Of a stretch of DNA of 47,382 nucleotides, positions 39,103-47,382 are shown piece by piece (within the stretch, counting starts at the first letter, position 1; the number at the start of each line of letters is the position of its first letter). Below the pieces are notes generated by a model. The model was given only the letters and a program-made list of their open reading frames with translations, ran no database searches and had not been told where the DNA came from. The translations under genes and the position numbers were made by a program. Source of the DNA: a virus (lineage: Duplodnaviria > Heunggongvirae > Uroviricota > Caudoviricetes); the IMG/VR virus record IMGVR_UViG_2684623189_000004. The stretch is one strand, 5' to 3'.

Positions 39103-40179
39103 TTACCCCCTGAAGCCCGGCGGAATTTCGTTATCCGGTTCAGAAATATGATTCACACAACGCTGGTTGTTCGTGCCGCTTACCGGGAGCAACCAGGGGT
39201 TCTCAAAATTCCGGTCCGGTCCAAAAAACGTCGTCGCTCGCTGAACAAATTCCGTTCCCGTTTTCCCGGTAGCCGCCAAGTATCTTGCGTAACGCCTCAC
39301 GCCATCCAGCATGGCCTCTGGTGGCACCCCCTCGCGTAATCTGGCCTTCCAGGCACTGAAAGCGGATTTCTTCGGGTTTGCCCCAGCACGCAACGGGTAC
39401 TCCCGCCAGACCTGTTCGAACACATCCGGATAATCCACTCGTCCCACAGACTGCCCGGTGTTTTCCGGGACTACCCGATCGGCTTCCCGCTGAATGGCGG
39501 AATCGGCTTCGGGCTGCTGCAGTTGGTGTGATTGCTCCGGCCTTGCGGTCATCACCTGCTGCACAGCGCCCGAATCGGCTTTCAGCGCATACGCTGAATC
39601 GGCTTCCGGTGTCGTGCCTGCTGGCTGACCAAGATTGACGGTCTGAACATCCCCTGCCTGGTTCGTGGCGTTTTTTACGCCATGGACCATAGTGTTTTGA
39701 TCTTCTTGATCTGTATCTTTATCTGTATCTTTATCTGTCGTGACTCGTCGTGACATGTGCGTGACATTTCGTGACGCGCCGTGACAATCGCCATTTTGTT
39801 CCCGCTTTCTTTCCCTCTCTCGCTGCGCCCTCTTGCGCTCTGCAGGAGATTTTGCGGTTTGCGAAATATTGCCGTTGTCCTCTTTAAGCACCTGGCGTTT
39901 TTCCCATCCAGTGATTAAATCACCATCAAGTACCCGCCCCTGCATCGTCTGCAAAATTGAATCAATTACCTCTTCTGTCACGTCGAGCGCACTTGCCAAA
40001 TCTTCTGTCGTGACATCAATGTGACCTCGCGTGACATTTCGTGACGCGCTCACCAGGAGGTGGATATACACTGCCATCACTGTTGCAATTGGCTGCCCTG
40101 ACACCCTGGCAATTGTTCGCCACTTAGGGTCATTTGGCATGTCATGCCATAATCTGAGCCAGGCGTTAGCCATACTCAC
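39103..40179 (-). CDS. replication initiator-like protein (O analogue) containing iteron arrays
   Basis: 358 aa; follows cro/CII-like genes; internal low-complexity linker (DKDTDKDTD); two iteron arrays in the coding sequence. Confidence 0.5.
   Translation of the reverse strand: MSMANAWLRLWHDMPNDPKWRTIARVSGQPIATVMAVYIHLLVSASRNVTRGHIDVTTEDLASALDVTEEVIDSILQTMQGRVLDGDLITGWEKRQVLKEDNGNISQTAKSPAERKRAQRERERKREQNGDCHGASRNVTHMSRRVTTDKDTDKDTDQEDQNTMVHGVKNATNQAGDVQTVNLGQPAGTTPEADSAYALKADSGAVQQVMTARPEQSHQLQQPEADSAIQREADRVVPENTGQSVGRVDYPDVFEQVWREYPLRAGANPKKSAFSAWKARLREGVPPEAMLDGVRRYARYLAATGKTGTEFVQRATTFFGPDRNFENPWLLPVSGTNNQRCVNHISEPDNEIPPGFRG
39739..39785. repeat. iteron array 1: five CGTGAC repeats at 10-11 bp spacing
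   Basis: CGTGAC at 39739, 39749, 39760, 39770, 39780; adjacent TCTGTATCTTTA tandem at about 39700..39735. Confidence 0.7.
40009..40045. repeat. iteron array 2: four (C/T)GTGAC repeats at 10-11 bp spacing
   Basis: repeats at 40009, 40020, 40030, 40040; 20-mer CGTGACATTTCGTGACGCGC also present in array 1. Confidence 0.7.
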
Positions 40180-40244
40180 CTCTTCTGATACCGAATCTTT
40201 TTACTCACGAGTTGCCGGAAGCGATTCGATATGGCTATTGTCAG

Positions 40245-40670
40245 TCAATGTACTGCCACAGCATTTCCTGCCGGGCCACCACGGTTCATCTGATTGAAAC
40301 CGGCGATTGCCACTGCGACAAAATCATCAGCGTCTCTCACCAGTCGCTCCCGCGTCTCCACCAGCTCCCGAAAATAAGCTGAACTGTGGCTGCGCATTCT
40401 GGCCACCAGCAAAGGTGGCATTGCCTTTTCGATCGCTGGTAACAACGCCTGAATTTTTTCAACTGCATCAGGGGTGTCTTTCTCTATCCAGCGGAAAATT
40501 TTCTGGGTATTGCGAGCCAGGGCTTCCGGATGGCTGTCGTCGTACAGTTCAGGAAACGTCATACCCAACTCAAAATAAGCCTGGGTTATTCCAGCTGCCG
40601 GAACTTTTTCGCCATCAGGACGCGCCCAGGCATTCATCGCCATGCGGATGTGTTCATGCTTGATTTTCAT
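40245..40670 (-). CDS. CII-like/YdaT-like regulator
   Basis: 141 aa from MKIKHEHIRMAMNAW with GGGGGG RBS; directly follows cro-like gene. Confidence 0.45.
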   Translation of the reverse strand: MKIKHEHIRMAMNAWARPDGEKVPAAGITQAYFELGMTFPELYDDSHPEALARNTQKIFRWIEKDTPDAVEKIQALLPAIEKAMPPLLVARMRSHSSAYFRELVETRERLVRDADDFVAVAIAGFNQMNRGGPAGNAVAVH

Positions 40671-40896
40671 GAATCCCCCCTTGGTTAGAAGGCGGATTAT
40701 GATCAGAACCGGGAATGACAACCGTCGGTATGTGTAACTCATATTTGAGCGCCCCGGCAGTGACTGCCTGAATTAGCAACGCCCATTTCCACGGAACCTC
40801 TTCCCCCCACATGCTGACTGTGGTTTTTGACGTTCCTAGAGCTGCGGCTGTTTTAACAACTCCGCCAAAATAGCCTAATACTTCTGATTTTTTCAT
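40654..40896 (-). CDS. Cro-like/YdaS-like HTH regulator
   Basis: 80 aa from MKKSEVLGYFGG; GTSKTTVSMW HTH-like; divergent from cI. Confidence 0.55.
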   Translation of the reverse strand: MKKSEVLGYFGGVVKTAAALGTSKTTVSMWGEEVPWKWALLIQAVTAGALKYELHIPTVVIPGSDHNPPSNQGGIHENQA

Positions 40897-40987
40897 GAGT
40901 CGCTCCATAAAACTGAACGCCAAAAGTTTAATAATCAAAACCAAAGAAAGTCAAGAAACAAAACCATCTGTGTTTTAAAATCAAAAC

Positions 40988-41626
40988 ATGAACAAGCAAA
41001 CAATATCTGAACGCATAACCCAACGTATGCATGCGCTAAACCTGAAAGGCAAAGACCTTGTCAATGCCACTGGCGCATCAAAAGGCTCCGTAAGTCAATG
41101 GATGAACGGTGGAGGAGCGCCGTCCTCGCGTTACATAAGTTCACTGGCAAAAATATTGAAAGTAAACGAAAATTGGCTTCTTAATGGAGGAGAGTTAAAT
41201 ACAGGTGATTCGCTTGATCTATCTTTACCGCCGATAAAAACGGTTCCGCTACTATCACTTCAGCAGGCAGCAAGCTGGAGTGATTATATGAAAAATTCCT
41301 CAATAACCTCTTGTGTGCAGCTTGTCGGAGAAATCCCGGCCAATACCTTTGCAGTTGTTCTAGAGAGTGACAGTATGTCAACATCTGGTGGGGGAGTTTC
41401 CATCCCAAATGGTTCAACAGTTTTTGTTGATCCCGATCGAACCGTACAACCAGGAAATATTGTCCTTGCCTTACCCAAAGGGACCACAACACCTGTCATT
41501 CGTAAACTGGAGATAGAAGGGCCGGATATTCTTTTAGTCCCCACGAATCCTCGCTACCCTTCAATTATGCTGGATGATCTATCTTGCATATTGGGCGTAT
41601 GCTTTAAAATTCAACAAAATATTTAA
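40988..41626 (+). CDS. cI: CI repressor (HTH plus LexA/S24-like peptidase domain)
   Basis: 212 aa; N-terminal HTH (GASKGSVSQWMNG); C-terminal autocleavage-type domain. Confidence 0.85.
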   Translation: MNKQTISERITQRMHALNLKGKDLVNATGASKGSVSQWMNGGGAPSSRYISSLAKILKVNENWLLNGGELNTGDSLDLSLPPIKTVPLLSLQQAASWSDYMKNSSITSCVQLVGEIPANTFAVVLESDSMSTSGGGVSIPNGSTVFVDPDRTVQPGNIVLALPKGTTTPVIRKLEIEGPDILLVPTNPRYPSIMLDDLSCILGVCFKIQQNI

Positions 41627-41692
41627 CCGACCTCATCTATTTGATTAACTGTATGCCATCGTGGTGATGGCTTAACAGCTGCCTGCTTAAAA

Positions 41693-41741
41693 TGTTTTGA
41701 TAAAAAAACATTGACCTGAAAAGTTCATTTTTCTAAACTTA
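41693..41741 (+). promoter_or_regulatory. candidate pL promoter with overlapping palindromic operator
   Basis: palindrome AATGTTTTgataaaAAAACATT; TTGACC-16 nt-TAAACT. Confidence 0.35.
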
Positions 41742-41837
41742 ATTCATTCCCTCTCCCCACCCCACAGAATGCAGGGCAATACTTCTAGTTACCAGGCAGT
41801 GGTCAGGGGTTAAGTAGCCAGCCCGAGGCGTAAGAAC

Positions 41838-42074
41838 ATGACGGCAGGGTTCAACTTTAATAACTATGCAGCAGGTTTTTGTTCCGCTACCCCGGCGTTA
41901 AGGGGAAATGAGGTCAGCATGGATACTATCGATCTTGGCAACAGCGAATCTCTGGTATGTGGCGTGTTCCCCAACCAGGACGGTACGTTCACCGCGATGA
42001 CGTATACCAAAAGCAAAACGTTTAAAACCGAAAATGGTGCCCGTCGCTGGCTGGAAAGAAACTCAGGTGAGTGA
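41838..42074 (+). CDS. hypothetical early-left protein
   Basis: 78 aa ORF downstream of candidate pL; a 42-aa acidic ORF follows at 42076..42204. Confidence 0.35.
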   Translation: MTAGFNFNNYAAGFCSATPALRGNEVSMDTIDLGNSESLVCGVFPNQDGTFTAMTYTKSKTFKTENGARRWLERNSGE

Positions 42075-42233
42075 TATGGATTTCGACACAATCATGGAAA
42101 AGGCTTACGAAGAATACTTCGAAGGCCTTGCCGAAGGCGAAGAAGCTCTCAGCTTCAGTGAGTTTAAACAGGCGCTTTCCAGCTCGGCAAAATCTAACGG
42201 CTGATAAGCGAAGCAGCACCGCGAGGAATCAGT

Positions 42234-42455
42234 ATGCAGAAACGAGAACCCGTCATCATCGCGCCAGACTATACCAATGATGAACTTTATGAGTGGATGC
42301 GCCAGAAAATTAATGCAGCGCAGGATTTGAAATGGGCCAATGAAGCCAGGGCTAAGCAGGCTGAAAATCTGTCCGCTCTGGAGCAGGATATCACCAATCT
42401 GGAAAAAGCAGCGGCATTAAGCATTGCCAGAATGATTACATACCCGCGTGAATAG
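42234..42455 (+). CDS. hypothetical early-left protein
   Basis: 73 aa; AGGA RBS 7 nt upstream of ATG. Confidence 0.4.
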   Translation: MQKREPVIIAPDYTNDELYEWMRQKINAAQDLKWANEARAKQAENLSALEQDITNLEKAAALSIARMITYPRE

Positions 42456-43020
42456 CTAACCAACGAAGCTAAGGTTGGTAATTAAGGAGTTCTCCACGGG
42501 TGAGGTGGAGTGCGTGCGCCGGACACGGGTGAGCATCCGGCACTGACAGTTTACTGAAAGGATATTTCCCTGAAAAGTCAGACCATAACGCGAAAGCGCA
42601 CGGCGAGGTAGCTGGTTCATAGATAGCCTGTCGTTAAATTTTCGTCGACCGTGCGCTTCCGGTTGTGGCAATCCGCGAAATGGCGCGGCGGTAAGTATGG
42701 CGGGGTTATTCCTTCCACCGTTGAGGACACCGGGTTGTCAGGTTGACCATACGCTTAAGTGACAACCCCGCTGCAACGCCCTCTGTTATCAATTTTCTGG
42801 TGACGTTTGGCGGTATCAGTTTTACTCCGTGACTGCTCTGCCGCCCTTTTTAAAGTGAATTTTGTGATGCGGTGAATGCGGCTAAGCGCACGCGGAACAG
42901 TTAAAACCAAAAACAGTGTTATGGGTGGATTCTCTGTATCCGGCGTTAATTGTTAACTGGTTAACGTCACCTGGAAGCACCAGGCACCGCATCACAAAAT
43001 TCATTGTTGAGGACGCGATA
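42456..43020 (+). other. 565-bp non-coding, GC-rich, hairpin-dense region in the early-left operon (candidate structured RNA or regulatory element)
   Basis: no credible ORF on either strand; 10-bp stem AAGCGCACGG/CCGTGCGCTT, 9-bp stem GGGTTGTCA/TGACAACCC, 18-bp perfect inverted repeat at 42857..42874 and 42984..43001. Confidence 0.4.
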
Positions 43021-43209
43021 ATGGAAACGTTATTACCAAACGTTAATACGTCTGAAGGTTGTTTTGAAATTGGTGTCACTATCAGTAACCCTGTATTTAC
43101 TGAAGATGCCATTAACAAGAGAAAACACGAACGGGAGCTATTAAATAAAATATGCATTCTTTCAATGTTGGCCCGTTTACGTCCGATACAAAAAGGATGC
43201 TGGCAATGA
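43021..43209 (+). CDS. hypothetical small protein
   Basis: 62 aa; GAGGA RBS; stop overlaps next start (ATGA). Confidence 0.4.
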   Translation: METLLPNVNTSEGCFEIGVTISNPVFTEDAINKRKHERELLNKICILSMLARLRPIQKGCWQ

Positions 43210-43397
43210 ATACAGCATTTGCACTTGTTCTGACAGTTTTTCTTGTTTCCGGAGAGCCAGTTGATACTGCAGTCAGTGTTCACAGGACAATGCAGGAGTG
43301 TGTGACTGCAGCAACCGAACAGAAAATTCCCGGTAACTGTTACCCGGTCGATAAAGTTATTCACCAGGATAATAACGAAATCCCGGCAGGTCTTTAA
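43206..43397 (+). CDS. small protein with hydrophobic N-terminus (possible membrane or secreted)
   Basis: 63 aa MNTAFALVLTVFLVSGEP...; AAGGA RBS 8 nt upstream. Confidence 0.4.
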   Translation: MNTAFALVLTVFLVSGEPVDTAVSVHRTMQECVTAATEQKIPGNCYPVDKVIHQDNNEIPAGL

Positions 43398-43489
43398 AAC
43401 AGTTCCGTAATAAACATCCGATTTCATTCTTATATGCCAGCAATGGCAGGGATTTGTTCACCCTTAAATCTGTAATGAGGTAAAACAAA

Positions 43490-45961
43490 ATGAGTAAAGT
43501 CTTTATTTGCGCCGCCATTCCGGACGAACAGGCAATAAAGGAAGAAGGTGCCGTCGCTGTAGCCACTGCCATTGAAGCCGGTGATGAACGTCGCGCCCGC
43601 GCAAAATTTCACTGGCAATTCCTGGAACATTATCCGGCTGCTCAGGACTGCGCTTATAAATTTCTTGTTTGCGAGGATAAACCCGGTATACCCCGCCCTG
43701 CCCTCGATTCCTGGGATGCTGAATATATGCAGGAAAACCGCTGGGATGAGGCGTCTGCTTCCTTTGTTCCGGTCGAGACTGAATCCGATCCGATGAACGT
43801 CACTTTTGACAAGCTGGCCCCTGAAGTACAGAACGCTGTCATGGTTAAGTTCGACACATGTGAAAACATCACCGTTGATATGGTTATTAGCGCACAGGAA
43901 TTGTTGCAGGAAGACATGGCAACATTCGACGGACATATCGTTGAAGCGTTGATGAAAATGCCAGAAGTTAACGCCATGTATCCGGAGCTTAAGTTGCACG
44001 CCATTGGGTGGGTTAAGCATAAATGTATTCCTGGTGCTAAATGGCCCGAAATTCAGGCAGAGATGCGCATCTGGAAAAAACGTCGCGAAGGTGAACGCAA
44101 GGAAACCGGAAAATACACGTCTGTTGTTGATCTCGCCCGCGCCAGAGCCAATCAACAGTACACTGAAAATTCAACAGGAAAAATCAGCCCGGTCATTGCT
44201 GCCATTCATCGCGAATACAAGCAGACATGGAAAACACTGGATGACGAACTGGCCTACGCTCTCTGGCCTGGTGATGTGGATGCCGGAAACATTGACGGCA
44301 GCATCCATCGCTGGGCAAAAAAAGAAGTTATCGACAACGACCGCGAAGACTGGAAGCGTATCTCGGCATCAATGCGCAAACAGCCTGATGCCCTTCGCTA
44401 CGACCGCCAAACTATTTTTGGCCTTGTCCGTGAGCGTCCGATCGACATTCACAAAGATCCCGTAGCACTGAACAAATATATCTGCGAATACCTGACGACA
44501 AAGGGCGTGTTTGAGAATGAAGAAACAGACCTGGGCACTGTTGATGTTCTCCAGTCATCAGAAACACAAACTGATGCAGTGGAAACTGAGGTATCTGATA
44601 TCCCAAAAAATGAAACCGCGCCGGAAGCTGAACCATCTGTAGAGCGTGAGGGGCCGTTCTATTTCCTCTTCGCAGATAAGGACGGAGAAAAATACGGTCG
44701 CGCAAACAAACTTTCTGGTCTGGATAAGGCACTGGCTGCTGGCGCCACTGAAATCACAAAAGAAGAATATTTTGCCCGAAAAAATGGCACATACACGGGC
44801 TTACCGCAAAATGTAGATACCGCTGAAGATTCAGAACAACCAGAGCCGATAAAAGTTACCGCTGACGAAGTAAACAAAATTATGCAGGCAGCCAATATCA
44901 GCCAGCCTGACGCCGATAAGTTGCTTGCTGCATCACGTGGTGAATTTGTTGAAGGGATTAGTGACCCGAATGATCCGAAATGGATTAAGGGGATCCAGAC
45001 CCGCGATTCTGTGAGCCAGAACCAGCATGAATCGGAACGGAACTACCAAAAAGCGGAACAAAACAGTCCAAATGCGTTACAAAACGAGCCAGAAACGAAA
45101 CAGCCTGAACCAGTGGCGCACCAGGAAGTGGAAAAAGCCTGCACCGCCTGCGGTCAGACCGGCGGCGGCAACTGTCCTGATTGTGGCGCGGTGATGGGCG
45201 ACGCAACATACCAAGAAACATTCGATGAAGAGTATCAGGTTGAAGTTCAGGAAGATGATCCGGAGGAAATGGAAGGCGCTGAACATCCACACAAGGAGAA
45301 CACTGGCGGCAATCAGCATCACAATAGCGATAATGAAACTGGCGAGACGGCAGATCACCCAATTAAGGTGAACGGTCATCACGAAATCACATCCACCAGC
45401 AGGACGTGTGACCATCTAATGATCGACCTTGAAACCATGGGAAAAAATCCTGATGCCCCGATCATCTCAATAGGTGCAATATTTTTCGATCCGCAAACCG
45501 GAGATATGGGACCGGAATTTAGTAAGACTATCGATCTGGAAACTGCTGGCGGAGTCATTGATCGGGACACCATTAAATGGTGGCTTAAGCAATCACGCGA
45601 AGCGCAATCTGCCATTATGACCGATGAAATCCCGTTAGATGATGCACTGTTACAATTGCGGGAATTTATCGACGAAAACTCCGGTGAATTTTTTGTTCAG
45701 GTTTGGGGAAATGGAGCCAACTTCGACAACACGATTTTGCGCCGTTCATACGAACGGCAGGGGATCCCCTGCCCGTGGCGTTACTACAACGATCGCGATG
45801 TACGCACAATCGTTGAGCTGGGGAAAGCCATAGACTTCGATGCCAGAACGGCTATTCCATTCGAAGGTGAGCGCCATAATGCACTTGATGACGCCCGTTA
45901 CCAGGCAAAATACGTTTCAGCTATCTGGCAAAAACTGATCCCAAATCAGGCTGATTTTTAA
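43490..45961 (+). CDS. large early protein with C-terminal DnaQ-like (DEDDh) 3'-5' exonuclease domain
   Basis: 823 aa; C-terminal MIDLETMG, NGANFDNTIL, HNALDDARYQAKY; acidic central linker; CxxC...CxxC pair. Confidence 0.7.
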   Translation: MSKVFICAAIPDEQAIKEEGAVAVATAIEAGDERRARAKFHWQFLEHYPAAQDCAYKFLVCEDKPGIPRPALDSWDAEYMQENRWDEASASFVPVETESDPMNVTFDKLAPEVQNAVMVKFDTCENITVDMVISAQELLQEDMATFDGHIVEALMKMPEVNAMYPELKLHAIGWVKHKCIPGAKWPEIQAEMRIWKKRREGERKETGKYTSVVDLARARANQQYTENSTGKISPVIAAIHREYKQTWKTLDDELAYALWPGDVDAGNIDGSIHRWAKKEVIDNDREDWKRISASMRKQPDALRYDRQTIFGLVRERPIDIHKDPVALNKYICEYLTTKGVFENEETDLGTVDVLQSSETQTDAVETEVSDIPKNETAPEAEPSVEREGPFYFLFADKDGEKYGRANKLSGLDKALAAGATEITKEEYFARKNGTYTGLPQNVDTAEDSEQPEPIKVTADEVNKIMQAANISQPDADKLLAASRGEFVEGISDPNDPKWIKGIQTRDSVSQNQHESERNYQKAEQNSPNALQNEPETKQPEPVAHQEVEKACTACGQTGGGNCPDCGAVMGDATYQETFDEEYQVEVQEDDPEEMEGAEHPHKENTGGNQHHNSDNETGETADHPIKVNGHHEITSTSRTCDHLMIDLETMGKNPDAPIISIGAIFFDPQTGDMGPEFSKTIDLETAGGVIDRDTIKWWLKQSREAQSAIMTDEIPLDDALLQLREFIDENSGEFFVQVWGNGANFDNTILRRSYERQGIPCPWRYYNDRDVRTIVELGKAIDFDARTAIPFEGERHNALDDARYQAKYVSAIWQKLIPNQADF

Positions 45962-46025
45962 TGTTCAACCCCGGTCGTTGCCCACCAGCTATAGTGGCGG
46001 CGACCATGATTAGCGAACGACGCTC

Positions 46026-46274
46026 ATGGCAAGACTTATTCTGCTCACTGAGTGGGCAAAGGAGGAATTCAGTGAACCGGTCCCTACTCCGAGTACGTTA
46101 AGTAAATACGCTAAAGCCGGAATGATATTTCCTCTCCCCAAAAAAGTTGGAAGACGCTGGCGAGTGGATCCGCAAGCTCGCTTTGTCGGAATGGTAAACA
46201 AGCCGGAGGTGATCGCCACAGATCACCCTGCTTTGAAGAGGATACTGGAAGATGGCGCGCCCGCGAAAATATAA
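46026..46274 (+). CDS. xis: excisionase-like protein
   Basis: 82 aa; overlaps int start by 23 nt. Confidence 0.65.
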   Translation: MARLILLTEWAKEEFSEPVPTPSTLSKYAKAGMIFPLPKKVGRRWRVDPQARFVGMVNKPEVIATDHPALKRILEDGAPAKI

Positions 46275-47382
46275 AACCGATGTTCCGGGATTATCTCCGT
46301 ATTTTGACAAAAGAAATAACAAAGTTTACTGGCGTTACAGGCATCCCATAACAGGCAAAAATCACGGTCTCGGCAGTATTGACCAGAAACTGGCAGAAAC
46401 TATTGCAGCAGAAGCGAACAGCCGTCTTGCCCGGCAGCAAATGGAACAAATGCTCAGTCTGCAGGAGAAAATTATTAGTGACACCGGCGGTTCATCAACC
46501 GTTACCATTTTTCTGAATAATTACAGAAAAATTCAACAGGAAAGATATGAAAACGGCGAGATCAAACTCAACACGCTGAAACAGAAAGCGGCCCCTCTCA
46601 GGGTATTTGATGAACGTTTTGGCACCAGACCGTTAGATGCCATAACCGTAAAAGATGTGGTATCAGTACTGGAAGAGTACAAGGCCAGAGGACATAACAG
46701 AATGGGACAAATTTTCAGGAAAGTACTGATCGATGTTTTCCGGGAAGCTCAGCAAACGGGCGATGTCCCGCCAGGCTTTAACCCTGCAGAATCGGCAAAA
46801 AAACCGCAGGTGCGGATATCAAGACAGCGACTGACTTTTGATGAGTGGATGATGATTTATAACGCAGCGGAAAAGGATGGTTACTTTTTACAGCGCGGTA
46901 TGCTGCTGGCACTGATGACAGGCCAGCGCCTTTCAGATATTTGCAAAATGCAATTTTCGGATATCCGGGATGGTTATCTTCATGTCGAACAGCAAAAAAC
47001 AGGAACCCGGATTGCCATCCCTCTGGCTCTGCGTTGCGATAAATTAAATCTCACCCTAGATGATGTGGTGTCATCCTGCCGCGATTGCGTTCTTAGTCCG
47101 TGGCTATTGCACCACCATCACGCGAAAGGGACAGCTAAGCGCGGCGGGATGGTTAAGCCAGCAACATTAACCGTTGCATTTAAAAAAGCCCGGGATTCTG
47201 TGGATTACAACTGGCGTGCTAATGGCACCCCACCCTCTTTCCATGAGCAGAGATCTTTATCAGAGCGATTGTTCAGAGAGCAGGGGGTTGATACCAAAAT
47301 TTTGCTGGGCCATTCGAATCAAAAAATGACCGATATTTACAACGACGCACGCGGTAAGGAATGGAAAAAACTGGTCATTTGA
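46252..47382 (+). CDS. int: tyrosine integrase
   Basis: 376 aa; C-terminal LLGHSNQKMTDIY catalytic region; stop codon is the last 3 nt of the window. Confidence 0.85.
   Translation: MARPRKYKTDVPGLSPYFDKRNNKVYWRYRHPITGKNHGLGSIDQKLAETIAAEANSRLARQQMEQMLSLQEKIISDTGGSSTVTIFLNNYRKIQQERYENGEIKLNTLKQKAAPLRVFDERFGTRPLDAITVKDVVSVLEEYKARGHNRMGQIFRKVLIDVFREAQQTGDVPPGFNPAESAKKPQVRISRQRLTFDEWMMIYNAAEKDGYFLQRGMLLALMTGQRLSDICKMQFSDIRDGYLHVEQQKTGTRIAIPLALRCDKLNLTLDDVVSSCRDCVLSPWLLHHHHAKGTAKRGGMVKPATLTVAFKKARDSVDYNWRANGTPPSFHEQRSLSERLFREQGVDTKILLGHSNQKMTDIYNDARGKEWKKLVI

Noticed and set aside
41627-41837. rexAB-like exclusion genes between cI and pL
   Set aside because: Only about 200 bp of non-coding sequence lies between cI and the first early-left ORF.
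42456-43020. Retron msr-msd hypothesis for the structured non-coding region
   Set aside because: Flanking inverted repeats are suggestive, but no reverse transcriptase gene is adjacent; kept only as a generic structured-RNA candidate.
42882-43427. 181-aa Cys-rich minus-strand ORF
   Set aside because: Antisense to two plus-strand small genes that have good RBSs and translational coupling; composition looks non-protein-like.

Overview
The window is an almost complete lambdoid (lambda-like) prophage of an enterobacterium, laid out in reverse orientation relative to the usual lambda map. Reading the minus strand from high to low coordinate: immunity region (cI on +, cro-like and CII/YdaT-like on -), a replication initiator-like gene with internal iteron arrays, a variable AT-rich region carrying a two-gene cassette split by an intact IS1 (9-bp target duplication), hok (type I toxin), a DUF968-like gene, rusA, a lambda-family Q antiterminator with lambda-like pR'/tR', an orphan DNA methyltransferase, three tRNAs (Ile-CAU, Arg-UCG, Arg-UCU), a phage-21/Qin-type lysis cassette (pinholin, SAR endolysin, Rz/Rz1), a lambda-like cos site, and a complete lambda-like head and tail gene set (Nu1 through J, then lom, stf, tfa). 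On the plus strand at the right end are a small early-left operon, a large exonuclease-domain protein, xis and int (int stop codon at the last base of the window). Several insertions relative to the lambda backbone look like morons: a lipoprotein gene between I and J, a SAM-methyltransferase-like gene between duplicated tfa 3' ends, and the IS1-disrupted two-gene cassette. The cassette is my best candidate for an uncharacterised defence or toxin-like module, but that rests on short motifs and position only. All calls are from reading the sequence and from recalled lambda/Qin/phage 21 features; no database search was run.
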